Shown: positions 40,436-52,483 of the stretch, one piece after another | How the letters are laid out: the number at the start of each line of letters is the position of its first letter | How positions within the stretch are numbered: position 1 is the stretch's first letter | From: Bacteroidales bacterium | GTDB lineage: Bacteria > Bacteroidota > Bacteroidia > Bacteroidales > JAGOPY01 | Length of the DNA: 64,000 bases | NCBI GenBank assembly: GCA_019429045.1 | Contig: JAHYJL010000001.1 | Span: 1,588-65,587, forward strand | Direction of reading: 5' to 3' | Made by a program: the position numbers and the translations under genes | Notes under the pieces: generated by a model | Told to the model about the DNA's origin: nothing | Seen by the model: only the letters and a program-made list of their open reading frames with translations | The model's database searches: none

Positions 40436-42514
40436 TTGCCACTACATAAACTTAGAAATATCGGCATTGCCGCGCACATCGATGCCGGCAAGACCACCGT
40501 AACGGAAAGAATCCTGTTCTACACCGGCGTCACCCGCAAGCTGGGTGAGGTCCACGACGGGCAGGCGACCACCGACTTTATGAAACAGGAACAGGAGCGC
40601 GGGATCACCATCGCTTCGGCGGCCATATCCTGCTTCTGGAAAGACGCGCATATTAACCTGATCGACACCCCGGGGCACGTCGATTTCACAGTAGAAGTGG
40701 AACGCTCCCTGCGGGTGATCGATGGTATGATCGCCCTGTTCTGCGCCGTTGGCGGCGTGGAACCGCAAAGCGAGACGGTCTGGAACCAGGCCGACCGCTA
40801 CCGGGTGCCGCGTATCGCCTTCATCAACAAAATGGACCGCACCGGCGCAGATTTTTACGACGTCGTGAACCAGATGAACCAGGTGCTCGACGCCAATGCC
40901 GTGGTTATCCAGATCCCGATGGGCGCGGAAGATGAATTCGAAGGCATTATCGATGTCATCGAAGGTATCGCCTATCGCTTTGATGATAAAGGGAGGATCG
41001 AGACCCCCGTTCCTGAGCAATACAAGGATAAACTGGCAGAAGCCAGGGCGCAGCTGCTTGAAAAGCTGGCCGATTTTAGCGATGAAGTGGCCGAATTATT
41101 CCTGGAAGATCGGGAAGTCAGCAATGAACTGCTGAAAAGAGCTGCCCGAGAGGCCACCCTCCGGCTCAACATCACCCCGGTGTTATGCGGTGCGGCCTAT
41201 AAAAACAAAGGCGTGCAGCTGCTCCTGGATGCGGTTATCGATTACCTGCCATCTCCGCTCGACATCGGGGCAGTGATAGGCACCGACATCAATAACCCCG
41301 AAAAATCCAATGTGCGGCATCCATCGGCAAACGACCCGTTCTCTGCCCTGGCCTTCAAGCTGATCAATGATCCGTTTGTCGGGCAACAAACCTTTGTACG
41401 TGTATATTCAGGGCTGCTGAAAAGCGGCATGCAGGTACTCAATTCTACCAAAGATAAGCACGAGCGCATCGGGAGGATCATGAAGATCCACGCCAAGAAC
41501 CGGGAAGAGGTCAGCGAAGCGGGCCCGGGAGATATTGTAGCCCTCATCGGTCTGAAACTCACCAAAACCGGCGATACCCTTTGCGATCCGGCGCACCCGC
41601 TGCACCTGGAATCGATTACCGTACCGGCAACCGTTATCGAGATGAAGATCAGCCCGGCTTCCCGCAAGGACCAGAGCAAGCTCGGCGAGGCCCTGCACAA
41701 GCTGACTAACGAGGATCCCTCTTTCAACGTGAGATACGATGAAGAAACTGAGGAAACGATCATCGCCGGCATGGGCGAGCTTCACCTGGAGATCATCATC
41801 GACCGGCTGAAGCATGAGTTCGGGGTGGAGGTGGATGTCAGCGAACCGTCGGTAGCTTACCGGGAAACAATCACTACCGAAAGGGAAGCCTCCTACCGCT
41901 ATTCCAAGCAAACCGGCGGCCGCGGCCAGTTCGCCGAAACCCATTTCCGGATCGAACCCAACGAGGGCAACGGCTACGAGTTTGTCGACCGCATCAAGGG
42001 CGGAGCCATCCCGACCGAATTTGTGCCCTCGGTTAACAAGGGTATCGCGAAAACCCTCGAAAAAGGCGTCCTGGCCGGGTTCCCCATCGTGGATGTCCGC
42101 ATCGTGCTGCACGACGGCAAATTCCACCCGGTCGACTCATCCGACATGGCCTTCCAGACCTGTGCATCGATCTGCTTCAAGGAAGGCTTCATGAAGGCCC
42201 ATCCTATCCTGCTGGAACCGATCATGAAAGTCGAGATCAACACCCCGGACGATTACATCGGCGATATCACCGGCAACCTGAACAAGCGCCGCGGCAGGGT
42301 CGAATCCATGCGCCGGCACCGGAAAGGGTCCCAAAAAGTCGTCGCTTTCGTGCCACTGGTGGAAATGTTCGGTTATGCTACCGCGTTGCGTAATATCTCC
42401 AGCGGCCGCGCCAGCTTCTCCATGGATTTCTTTCAGTACATGCCGCTCAGCAAATCGGTGCAGGAGGAAGTGCTGAAGAAACTGGCCGAGAAAAAGGCGG
42501 CCATGAAGAAATAA
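40436..42514 (+). CDS. Elongation factor G (paralogue outside the str operon; TTG start)
   Basis: 692 aa ORF with G1 motif AHIDAGKTT and EF-G domains throughout. Confidence 0.9.
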   Translation: MPLHKLRNIGIAAHIDAGKTTVTERILFYTGVTRKLGEVHDGQATTDFMKQEQERGITIASAAISCFWKDAHINLIDTPGHVDFTVEVERSLRVIDGMIALFCAVGGVEPQSETVWNQADRYRVPRIAFINKMDRTGADFYDVVNQMNQVLDANAVVIQIPMGAEDEFEGIIDVIEGIAYRFDDKGRIETPVPEQYKDKLAEARAQLLEKLADFSDEVAELFLEDREVSNELLKRAAREATLRLNITPVLCGAAYKNKGVQLLLDAVIDYLPSPLDIGAVIGTDINNPEKSNVRHPSANDPFSALAFKLINDPFVGQQTFVRVYSGLLKSGMQVLNSTKDKHERIGRIMKIHAKNREEVSEAGPGDIVALIGLKLTKTGDTLCDPAHPLHLESITVPATVIEMKISPASRKDQSKLGEALHKLTNEDPSFNVRYDEETEETIIAGMGELHLEIIIDRLKHEFGVEVDVSEPSVAYRETITTEREASYRYSKQTGGRGQFAETHFRIEPNEGNGYEFVDRIKGGAIPTEFVPSVNKGIAKTLEKGVLAGFPIVDVRIVLHDGKFHPVDSSDMAFQTCASICFKEGFMKAHPILLEPIMKVEINTPDDYIGDITGNLNKRRGRVESMRRHRKGSQKVVAFVPLVEMFGYATALRNISSGRASFSMDFFQYMPLSKSVQEEVLKKLAEKKAAMKK

Positions 42515-42574
42515 ACTCAAAACTCAGAACTCAAAACTCAGAACTCAGAACTCAGAACTCAGAACTCAGAACTA
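42514..42574. repeat. (AACTCAR) heptamer array, about 8.5 units
   Basis: Runs from the last base of the EF-G stop codon (42512..42514) to the kbl stop codon (42572..42574). Confidence 0.95.
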
Positions 42575-43765
42575 CTTAATCACTCCAAGTTCTTTCCCCA
42601 CCTTGTTAAACGCCGCGATACACTTGTCGAGGTGCTCCCTTTCGTGTGCTGCGGAGATCTGCACCCGGATACGGGCAAGGCCTTTGGCGACCACCGGGTA
42701 GTAGAACCCGATCACGTAAATGCCTTCCGCCAGCAGTTTCTCGGCCATGACCTGTGAAAGCTTGGCGTCATAGAGCATGACGGCGCAGATCGCTGATTTG
42801 GTGGGCTTGATGTCGAACCCGGCGGCTTTCATTTTGCCCAGGAAATAGTCGGTATTGGTATGCAGTTTATCCTGCAGTTCATTGGTTTCGGTCATCATGT
42901 CGAACATCTTGATGCCGGCGCCGACAGCGGCAGGAATGAGTGAGTTGGAGAAGAGGTAGGGACGCGAGCGCTGCCTGAGCAGTTCGATGATCTCTTTCCG
43001 GCCGGTGGTGAAACCGCCGATACCACCGCCGAATGCTTTCCCGAGGGTCCCGGTGATGATGTCGACCTCCCCGCGGATATTGAATAATTCGGTCACGCCG
43101 CGGCCTGTTTTGCCGACAACACCGGCAGAGTGACATTCATCCACCATGATCAGGGCATCGTATTTCTTCGCCAGTTCATTGATCTTATTCATCGGGGCCA
43201 CGTTGCCATCCATCGAAAATACGCCGTCGGTCACAATGACCTTGAAGCGGGCCGTCCTGGAGGCTTCCTTCAGCTTCTCTTCCAGATCTTCCATGTTGGC
43301 GTTTTCATAACGGAACCGCTGCGCTTTGCAAAGACGAACGCCGTCGATGATCGAAGCATGGTTCAGAGAGTCGGAGATGATGGCATCCTCGGCTGTGAAC
43401 AAGGGCTCAAAAACACCACCGTTCGCATCAAAGCAGGCGGCATAAAGGATGGTATCCTCGGTGCCGAAAAATTCGGCGATCTTGCGCTCCAGGGTCTTGT
43501 GGATATCCTGGGTGCCGCAGATAAAGCGGACCGATGACATGCCAAATCCGTGGGAGTCCAGTGTGTCTTTAGCTGCCTCAACAAGGGCCGGATGGTTCGA
43601 AAGCCCCAGGTAATTGTTGGCGCAGAAATTCAATACCTCATTACCTGTATTGATTCCAATCTCTGCCTCCTGCGGCGTGACAATGATGCGTTCTTTCTTG
43701 TATAACCCGGCTTCCTCGATGCTCTTCAGCTCATTCTTCAGCCAGTCTTGCAATTTTCCGTACAT
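42572..43765 (-). CDS. kbl: Glycine C-acetyltransferase (2-amino-3-ketobutyrate CoA ligase)
   Basis: 397 aa ORF of the PLP-dependent alpha-oxoamine synthase type (...FSMDG.. ...TLGKA..). Confidence 0.88.
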   Translation of the reverse strand: MYGKLQDWLKNELKSIEEAGLYKKERIIVTPQEAEIGINTGNEVLNFCANNYLGLSNHPALVEAAKDTLDSHGFGMSSVRFICGTQDIHKTLERKIAEFFGTEDTILYAACFDANGGVFEPLFTAEDAIISDSLNHASIIDGVRLCKAQRFRYENANMEDLEEKLKEASRTARFKVIVTDGVFSMDGNVAPMNKINELAKKYDALIMVDECHSAGVVGKTGRGVTELFNIRGEVDIITGTLGKAFGGGIGGFTTGRKEIIELLRQRSRPYLFSNSLIPAAVGAGIKMFDMMTETNELQDKLHTNTDYFLGKMKAAGFDIKPTKSAICAVMLYDAKLSQVMAEKLLAEGIYVIGFYYPVVAKGLARIRVQISAAHEREHLDKCIAAFNKVGKELGVIK

Positions 43766-43978
43766 AACCGTATCGTTTTTAAAGTGTTACTAATGTTAAT
43801 CAATTCACAATGGGAGCACAAAGATAGGATTTTCAATGATATAAAGCGGGTACCTTCCATTTTTTTCAACCGTAATGTCTCAATGAAGTTTAACATTTTA
43901 TTAACAACATATCAAATATATTCGATATATTTTTGGCGCTGTCAATGAAATAATTACCAATAAGTCAATCATTTCAAA

Positions 43979-44340
43979 ATGAAAAAGTTCTTTAAAATTC
44001 TGCTATGGATTGGTTTTGTGCTGGTCCTGGTTATCGTTGTGTTTTTCAGTTATGTACAGCTATCCTGGAAGAAAACCTTTGATGCCCCATATCCTGACAT
44101 TGTGGCCAGTGATGATCCTGTTTTGATCGAGCGGGGCAAATACCTGGCTTATGGTCCGGCACATTGCGCCGTTTTAAGAGCGGAAGGGTACACAAGGGAA
44201 GCCCCATGCCATGGGGATGCTTTTCCCGCATGGATGAAGATGATATGAAAGCGCTGTATCGCTATCTTAAATCGCTGGAACCGGTGGAGTTTGCCACAGG
44301 CAAAACGGTTTACTCCCCCGGAGAGGTGCTCCCCAGGTAA
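43979..44340 (+). pseudogene. Degenerate c-type cytochrome fragment, copy A
   Basis: N-terminal TM segment, then ERGKYLAYGPAHCA, where the haem motif is lost. A frame change then leads to ...MPWGCFSRMDEDDMKALYRYLKSLEPV.... This looks like a collapsed cytochrome c. Confidence 0.6.
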
Positions 44341-44347
44341 TTATCTG

Positions 44348-45811
44348 CTACCTTTGAATTACCAATTTTCCTGAATAAAGCACCTCCCCCAACGCCAGCC
44401 GGTAAAAGTAAACCCCAACAGGCAGTTCACTTACATCTAAAATGGTTTGTTCTGAAGCAATATCTTTTCTTGCCACCTGCCTGCCAAAAACATCAAACAA
44501 GTGTAATTCATAAATGTCGATCCCGAAGGCTCTGGATAAACCCCGAATCTCGAATTGTACAAGGTCTTTTGCCGGGTTTGGAAAAACCTTTACATTACCG
44601 GAAATTTTCGCTTCATCCATTCCAACTATTACCAGCGGGGTTCCCCATTCTTCATTTCCTTTTTTGTAATAGACGAGGGTACGATAATTTTCCGCGTACC
44701 AAAACCAGCACGACAGGTATGGGCCTCCAAGTCCTTTGTAATAAGCATAATCTGTCATGCAACCATCATAGATTATTGGATACCAGCAAGTGTCGCCATA
44801 ATAGTCTAACCAGTAATCCGGACCAGGCGATATTTTAGCGATATGAGTACCTGAATACATTCTTAGCGCATATGTAAAATATATATCAACCACAACTTCT
44901 CCCGGCAATTTGTCGAAAATGAGATTGGGTTGGATTATCTCCGGAATGGTATCATGGATAAAAGTATAGGTATTATTGCCATAATAATAGTAAGACCGGC
45001 TGAAAATCCGCTCAGCCTGATACACAACCGAATCAGGATAGTCAGTCCGCTCAAGATACCGCAATATAAGTAACTGATAATCGGAGGCTTCCAAAGCTGG
45101 TTTCCAGAACCATTTCACATGAATCTCATCTCCCGGTTGAAAATCAAAAATTTCCATCCAGTTAAAATCCTGGATTCCGGCAACAGGTTGTGACAATCCT
45201 GAAATATCAAACTCAATCAGGTATCCAAACTGCACCGGAAACGATCCAGGCACCAGGTCGGGGAAAACAGAAAAATTCAAGGTTCTGATAAAACCATGGT
45301 TTTTACTTAACCTGATAGTGAAATCGTTTATAGAATGGTTCACAGGGTTCATTAATGAGTCATAAACCTGAAAACCGATTGTTTTAACGGAGTCTTGTAA
45401 TCCCAGAAAACTCATCGTATCATGGCTTATCAGGGTTGAAATGATGGAAAGTTCCCCCGGGCGGTGGAACGCCGTCCAACTGTCATTCAATGACGATGCG
45501 GTATTGATGTAGATGCTGTCTCCGTCTTTGTTCATGATAATATTCATACCATCATCGCGGATGATGATCTTATCACCAAGCCAGTGTGTGCCATCAATGA
45601 CAAAACAGTCATAATCAATATCCTGTATGTTCCGGAATGGGATCAGAATAGAATCCGCTTCATAGGCAACAGAATCTATTCTCACAAAGCCATGATCATT
45701 CAAATACTGGAAAGAGGCAATCTTGCCCGAATTTACTGTTTGGTAATTCTGGGCTGCGGTTTGTAAAAACAGACCTGCAATGATTATGGATATTAGTATC
45801 AGGTTTTTCAT
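44348..45811 (-). CDS. T9SS C-terminal-domain (CTD) secreted protein
   Basis: Signal peptide MKNLILISIIIAGLFLQTAAQ and a type-A sorting domain (...VKVFPNPAKDLV...GVYFYRLALGEVLYSGKLVIQR). Confidence 0.75.
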   Translation of the reverse strand: MKNLILISIIIAGLFLQTAAQNYQTVNSGKIASFQYLNDHGFVRIDSVAYEADSILIPFRNIQDIDYDCFVIDGTHWLGDKIIIRDDGMNIIMNKDGDSIYINTASSLNDSWTAFHRPGELSIISTLISHDTMSFLGLQDSVKTIGFQVYDSLMNPVNHSINDFTIRLSKNHGFIRTLNFSVFPDLVPGSFPVQFGYLIEFDISGLSQPVAGIQDFNWMEIFDFQPGDEIHVKWFWKPALEASDYQLLILRYLERTDYPDSVVYQAERIFSRSYYYYGNNTYTFIHDTIPEIIQPNLIFDKLPGEVVVDIYFTYALRMYSGTHIAKISPGPDYWLDYYGDTCWYPIIYDGCMTDYAYYKGLGGPYLSCWFWYAENYRTLVYYKKGNEEWGTPLVIVGMDEAKISGNVKVFPNPAKDLVQFEIRGLSRAFGIDIYELHLFDVFGRQVARKDIASEQTILDVSELPVGVYFYRLALGEVLYSGKLVIQR

Positions 45812-45861
45812 TTTTAATGAATTGGTTTTCTTGTTAAATGCATTTATCCCACCATTTTCCG

Positions 45862-47463
45862 CTATCTTTGGATTACTATCTTTCCCGTGTAAACCACCTC
45901 CCCCAACGCCACCCTGTAAAAGTAAACCCCAACCGGCAGCTTGCTCACATCTAAAATGGTTTGTTCTGAAGTGATATCTTTCCCTGCCACCTGTCTGCCG
46001 AAAACATCAAACAAGTGCAATTCAAAAACGCCGAACACCGAACCACGAACCTCGAACTGTATGTAGTCCTTTGCCGGATTAGGGTAAACACTTATTTCAC
46101 TTGCGGTTGTAGCCGGTTCAATTACATTGGTGGTATCATCCTTCAATATCTCAAACACCCAGAAATCTCTGTCCATTACATTACCGCCATAAGGCGTGCA
46201 GCCTACATCATAGGAAGGGCCAAAGTTGGTGACACCTGCTATCACAAAATTGTTGTCGCTATTTCTTAACGCACCATAAGAAACTTCTTCTCTTCCTGCG
46301 CCTCCAAAACACTGCTGCCATTGCAGTTCTCCATCACTGTTAATCTTAAACATCCAGATATCGCTATAATGCTCACTAATTGAATGATTACCCCAAACAT
46401 CTCCGTTATTGGAATAAGTATTTCCAGCTATAATAAAACCATTGTCATCAGTTGAGTAAATTTTATACCCTGCTTCTCCTCTTGAGCCGCCGAATGCTTT
46501 TTGCCAGATAATGTTTCCGTCAAAATCAATCCTGACAACCCAAACATCCACATCTCCTTTGTACCCCGGCATATTGGTTGATTCTGTTGAGCCTATAAAT
46601 ACATATCCATCCTCAATCTCAAGTATGCCGGATATTGCATCATGGTTATTTCCTCCGTAGCATCGTTGCCATTGAACATTCATATCCGCATCAAATTTGG
46701 TTAATACGCCGGTAACATAGCCGTAGGAAGGAGGGATGCAAGTTATATTCCCCACAGCGCCCTGCAATATAATGGAGTTGCTGCCGGCAAGGTAGCCCCC
46801 GTCAGATGTTTGAATGATGGCCTGCCCAATGTCGAACCAGCCGGTTCCAATGGTGTAATCCCATTCCACTACACCTTCGGCGCTCAATTTCACCATCCAG
46901 GTATCATTACCCCCATAAAACACACTCACATGGCCATCATCGGAGCTTATTTCGCCTATGGCCACAACCCCTCCGTCTGCCGTTGCGGCACTGGTCCAAA
47001 GATAATCTCCTTTAGTACCACCGACTATTTTATCCCATAAGATATTACCGTCAATATCAATTTTTACTATCCAAAAACTACCCGTGCCCGGATAAGGGTT
47101 ATAGGAAATATCACCATCTAATGACCATGATGTGCCAAGCAAATAAAAATTTCCATCTGTTGATGGCAATATCCGCTGGAAACCTTCCGAATCAGAACCT
47201 CCAAAGGTTTTTTCCCACAACAGATTGCCAGTACTATCAGTTATCACCAACCAACCATCGCCCATTCCATGAGAAAAAGATATATCACCATCACTTGAGC
47301 CTGTACCTCCGGCAATAAAATATCCATTTTCGATGGCGATAATGTCATTTGCGACATCTATATCACTTCCACCAAAACATTGCTGCCATTTAATATCCCA
47401 ATTTTGTCCAATTAAAATTACCGGCGCCAAAAAGAGCATTAATAAATAAATGATAAGTTTCAT
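45862..47463 (-). CDS. Repeat-rich (about 8 units of ~55 aa, FGGS..D...DGG..) T9SS CTD secreted protein
   Basis: Signal peptide from the ATG at 47463 (MKLIIYLLMLFLAPVIL), internal repeats of the W..FGGS..D type, and a CTD nearly identical to that of the neighbouring gene. Confidence 0.75.
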   Translation of the reverse strand: MKLIIYLLMLFLAPVILIGQNWDIKWQQCFGGSDIDVANDIIAIENGYFIAGGTGSSDGDISFSHGMGDGWLVITDSTGNLLWEKTFGGSDSEGFQRILPSTDGNFYLLGTSWSLDGDISYNPYPGTGSFWIVKIDIDGNILWDKIVGGTKGDYLWTSAATADGGVVAIGEISSDDGHVSVFYGGNDTWMVKLSAEGVVEWDYTIGTGWFDIGQAIIQTSDGGYLAGSNSIILQGAVGNITCIPPSYGYVTGVLTKFDADMNVQWQRCYGGNNHDAISGILEIEDGYVFIGSTESTNMPGYKGDVDVWVVRIDFDGNIIWQKAFGGSRGEAGYKIYSTDDNGFIIAGNTYSNNGDVWGNHSISEHYSDIWMFKINSDGELQWQQCFGGAGREEVSYGALRNSDNNFVIAGVTNFGPSYDVGCTPYGGNVMDRDFWVFEILKDDTTNVIEPATTASEISVYPNPAKDYIQFEVRGSVFGVFELHLFDVFGRQVAGKDITSEQTILDVSKLPVGVYFYRVALGEVVYTGKIVIQR

Positions 47464-47517
47464 TTCTGAAAGTTTAAAAGGCGCTACGCCAAAGATAAGG
47501 CGTAGCACCCGATAAAT

Positions 47518-50500
47518 TTATTTACTGATAACAATTTTTCCGTGCTTGCTAAAGCCGCCTGCATTTAAGGTGTAGAAATATACGCCGGATTGAACCGCGC
47601 GCGTATCCCAAATCTGCTGGCCTTGCTTTCCGCTTACGGGCATGGAAGCAACTTCCCTGCCCGATGCATCGCTGATCACAATCACTCCACCTGTGGCATT
47701 TCCGGGCAAAGTATAGTTGAAAGCCGCCCAGGCTTTGGCAGGGTTGGGCACAACCGTGATTTCAATGCCCGACAGTTTTTCAAGCGAGGCCGGGTTGAAA
47801 GGCTTGCCGCTTTTTAAACTTGATTCGTCGGCTTCAATGCAGTTGCAGAAATGATAACCGTAAGCATACTCCAATATCCCCTTAGCCTGTATGCCTGCGG
47901 TTCCCTGGCTGTTTTCTGCAATGTTTACCAGGTTGGCAACCTCTAAACTGTCAAGGCCAAAAATGGTGCGTTGTTGCTGTTCAAGGTTGATCTGAAGGTT
48001 CAGCATGTCCATGTAATAGCTGTGTTCGGCCAGTTCATTGCCTGAGTAGTTGTAAAGCGCCGGCATCATGTTTGCCAGGGCAAATGCATTGGTAAAATTG
48101 CCTTCGCTCAAATAGGAAGCAATTATTTGCTCATCTGCCCGCTTGCCGCCGATATTGTCGAGCCAGTTGCGAAGCTCATCATTGTCGCTGATGGTATCGT
48201 TGAGCAGGCTTCTGATGATGTTGTGGGCTGCACGGTTTTTCAACTGGCCGTAATGAGCCATTTGCCTTAACAGCACAGTTTTGTATGAAGAACCCATAGC
48301 TACCTGCCTCAGGATGTCGATCATGTATTCGGGCAGCGGGTTATCTTTATCTTCAAGATACTTTATGAGTTCTTCTTTTTTCAGTTCATCCGGATTAGCT
48401 GCCATGATTTCAAAGATAACACTTTCGGGAAGAACGTCTGTCCTGTCGGCGGCAGCCTTTAACACATCCATTGACAGGTGGGGCGATTTGCCAAGCAGTT
48501 CGGCACGCAAGGCCCACATATCCGAGGGCCAGGCTGTGGTTATATCGTTAAGTGTAGCCGTTGTACTGCCTCCATCCTTCAGGTTGTCGAACAGCGTTTT
48601 AACGTTATTGTAATCCGAAAGGCCTGCTGTATATTCCATTTCAGCCTGCTGCTTCTGCGCAGGTGTCATCACCACATCCCTTTCCGAGCTGCTGCCTCCG
48701 CCACCATAATTAGAAGGGCACTGGTTTTGGATACCCACAACCTCTTCACGTGTAACCCTGTAAACGTTGGCAGGGTAATATGGAGTATTTGTATAACCGG
48801 GCGAAGGTGCATAATAGTAATATCCAAACCAGTATTCACCTAAGTTATTGATATGGTAATCAGCATTGCTGGAAAAGATATTGCCTGAGGGCAATGAAAT
48901 TGAACCTATAGGATTTTGAACTCCACCCCTGGGTGGAAAATCACTGTTCATTACAACCTTTATATCCTGCGTGTTACCCGCATTCTCGTTGCAGTAGTAT
49001 GCGAGGCCTTTCCAGGTTTGTCCTAAAAACCAATTCTTCCCCACCGCATAATTCCCGTAGCTCAGACCATTGAAAGTGTTTCGGTACACCTGGTCAACAG
49101 CCTGGGTTTCGGCAATGAGGATACCGGTATAATACCCAAGCGGCGCGCCCGGTGCCTTGGTAAAGTAGCTTTCCTCAATGGCAAAACCGGTGCAGCCGGT
49201 CATGTGTATGCCGAATCCGGAGGCGTTTTTGCCTTCAGTGTCGCAAGGTTCCAGTTCAGGCGTATTATAGCCGATATGGAAATCGGAATTCAGCACAGTA
49301 AAATTATTGATTCCTGAAACACGGATTCCATAGGCATTGCTGTTGAATTTGGCACGGTTCACATAAAAGGTCCGGGTTGATAAATCGGTGTTATTGGCAT
49401 TAATGGCCCAGTTTAAACCGGTAAAAGTGCTATGATCATAATTTTGACAAGGAATATAATTGTCGGAGCAGATAGCATTTACGCTGAAACCGGCGCTGTA
49501 TGAACCTATACCCATATTCCAGGCTGAAACATTAGGCACATTGGGCGAGAGCGAGAAATTGCAAGCCAGGAATTTTACACCCTTAACCCTGCTAAGATCA
49601 ACATGTTTGTAGAAAGTTTCCGCGCCTGGGTAGTTTTCGTTAATTTCAAAGGTGCAACGGGTAAAACTTGCACGGTAGTCCATTTCCTTTTCGCTAACCG
49701 GATGGTAATTCCTGTAATACAGCGCATGAACTGACGTTCTGTTATTTCTGAACACCGAATTTCCGGCAACAACAATCCCCCCTGTTTTTGAATAATCACC
49801 GGGCTTCCAGAGGCTTACAGCAACAATAGCGTTTTCAATAATGGCATCGTTGAGTTCAAGATAGCCTTGTGCGTAATTGCCTTGTGCATCGGGCCATTGG
49901 TGTGCCTGGCTGTCGCCCCATACTTCGATGCCTTGCCAGGTGTTTTCACAGGAAGAAGTAAGCAAGCTGTTTTCAATAACCAACTTTCCTCCGTTTTTTA
50001 TTTGAATCCTACTCTGCCCCGATGAAAAAGTTAATGCAGTACTATTGACTGTAAGTTTGCCGCCTTCCTCTATGGCAAGGATTTCTGGCATAATGTATTG
50101 TCCATGGCTAATAATAACATCCGTTGTTATTGTTAAATACGGAAAGATAACATCAGCTGGGTGAATGGTATTAGGTGTAATAATAGCACCGCTAGCTATT
50201 TCAATATTTTGAAAACCATTGGAAAAGAATAAACTTGCTTCCGGCGATAAATGCAATGTAGCCCCATTCTCAACTATCAGCTTTCCGACACCCAATATCA
50301 ATAAAGAAGCACAATCATCAACAATCAGATGTGAGCCCTCCTTTATGACAAGTTCTGAATTACTATTTACTATAAGTTTGCTACCTGTTTCAAGTTTAAG
50401 TGTACTTCCGTTTTTAACTATGAATTCAGAATCTGGTTCAATGTTTATAACTGCATCTTGTTTCGCCCTAAAATAAGTTGGCGATGCAAAAACCTGTTTT

Positions 50501-52407
50501 CCTTCAATAGAAATCGGATTCGACATCCTTGTTGCGGTTAATCCTTGATCAAGTGTGATAGAATTCCCACTTTTCAGGTTCAGTGAATAACCGCTTTGGG
50601 TAGGAATGGGATTTAATATAATTTCATCGGCACACCAGCGCAGGTCATTTGTAATATCAACATCGTCGAAACGTATCTGCACCTGAATATTTCCATTTTC
50701 ATCATGATTAAGCATTTCAATTGATACACCGTTGAGGTAAATCTTTCTGATGTTTGAAGCGTCCGGGGTAGGATAATTCCAGCCAACCATGTTCATAAGT
50801 GGAACAGAGGATGGATTGCTCGAAATACATACTTTATTATTTCCCGAAAGTGTAAAAATATGATCGGCATGGCCTAACTCGAATAAATTCTTATGATACT
50901 GACCATCATCCTCCTCAACCCAATTATGTAATTGATCACCATTTTTAATTATATTGGGTTCATTCAGATCCCATGTATACTGTTCCTGATCGCCACCTCC
51001 AGATAAAGGATTAGGGGATAATCTTTGAAATGGCCGTTCATTCGTCCCGGAAACACAATTATTAAATACCGTCTGATCTGGAAAATTCCGATCCCATAGT
51101 CCATTTGCAGGTAAGGGCCGGATATAACCGGCATATCCTCCATATAACACCGAAGCATCGTTTGATTCCCTAATATCTTTATCAATCTGGATATAAATGC
51201 CTAACCCTGGTACGCTTCCAACTACGCAATCCGGATGGGATGATTGATACTGCCACTGATCGAAAGGATTGTTGTTAAAGTCAATACCTTGCCTGTTTTC
51301 AATCCATATCCACTGTTGGAACTCGTTATCAGAGTCAATAAACGGCAATTTAATTCGTATGGCATCGCCTGTTGTTACAAAATCTCTTAATGTATAAATT
51401 CCGGCATGATTGTGGTTAGATGCATCTATATCGCCATTGACCTCATCGGTATTATTGCTGTTCCGTGCTGAAGGGTTAAAATCGTTTCCCGGGGCACCCC
51501 ATCCCAATCGCTGCCGATCCCAGGCATTCCAGCTTAAAAATGAACAACCATATAATCCTAGCATACTCCATCCGCCTACTTGTGGAATCCAATAGTCTCC
51601 GTAAGTCCCCCCCCCACCTCCTCCGGCATGAAACTTATTGCCTCCCAATAAGTTATGAGCATATTAGTGACGAACAACACTTGTTGGAATCCTTTCATGG
51701 GTGCACTGTATTGTGTATGAATCGCCATTATAACCAAGTAAGTTATTAAAAGCTCCACTTGCATAACCAAGTCCATTACTGGGATCTAATGAATTACGCA
51801 CAATAAAAACTACATTGTCCCATTTGTCATTTCCAATTGGATCTTTAGGCAATCCTTGATCTGTAGGTGTCCATTTATCAAAATCTGAAATAGAATTATA
51901 CCCATTGGCAGTTATTATCGTGTTACCAAGCTTTGAATTTATAGCAGCTATTAAAGGGTTGGGACTTACTGCAGATCCATTAGACGTTAGCACCTGAAAA
52001 ACACCGCCATTGTCAGGTGAAACCAGGTAGTCTCCAAGTAATACCTTATTTCCACTTGAGGCATCCTGGAAGTATCTTGTTAGCACGCCTTGAGCTACGC
52101 CTGATGGTGTTACGTGATCAAACAGTTCAGCAGCCCAAACAGGCAACTGCCCAACAGGCCATTCATCCGTTCCATTGGGTGAAGGATCAAAGTTGGGATC
52201 ATAATACACCATCTCCAGAAATGCTACCAGCACTCTCAACTCTCCTTGAGCTGGCAGTCTATAACCATTACTGCTTTTCCGTATTCCTCTGGTTGTATCG
52301 GTATCATAAGGAATATCTTCAAAACCACACCATTGATGCTGAGCCTCTGAATTAATAGTAAATATCAATATTGTTAAAACATTAATCAATACTAATAAAT
52401 TTTTCAT
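47518..52407 (-). pseudogene. Giant T9SS-sorted zinc-metalloprotease-like protein interrupted by one in-frame TAA
   Basis: The ORFs 51664..52407 and 47518..51648 share one frame. The junction reads ...VVRH-TAA-YAHNLLGGNKFH, i.e. H-[stop]-Y-A-H where HExxH is expected. A beta-helix-like middle and a C-terminal T9SS sorting domain follow. Confidence 0.7.
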
Positions 52408-52483
52408 AATAAGCGAGGTTTTTAGGGGTCTTTTGCTTTTGTGGAGGTGAAGATAATAAAAAAAATAACAAAAGGCAAGAAAA

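Noticed and set aside
51664-51666. The in-frame stop in the protease as selenocysteine or pyrrolysine recoding
   Set aside because: The codon is TAA, not TGA or TAG. No SECIS-like hairpin was recognised downstream. A nonsense mutation, an error or generic read-through remain the options.
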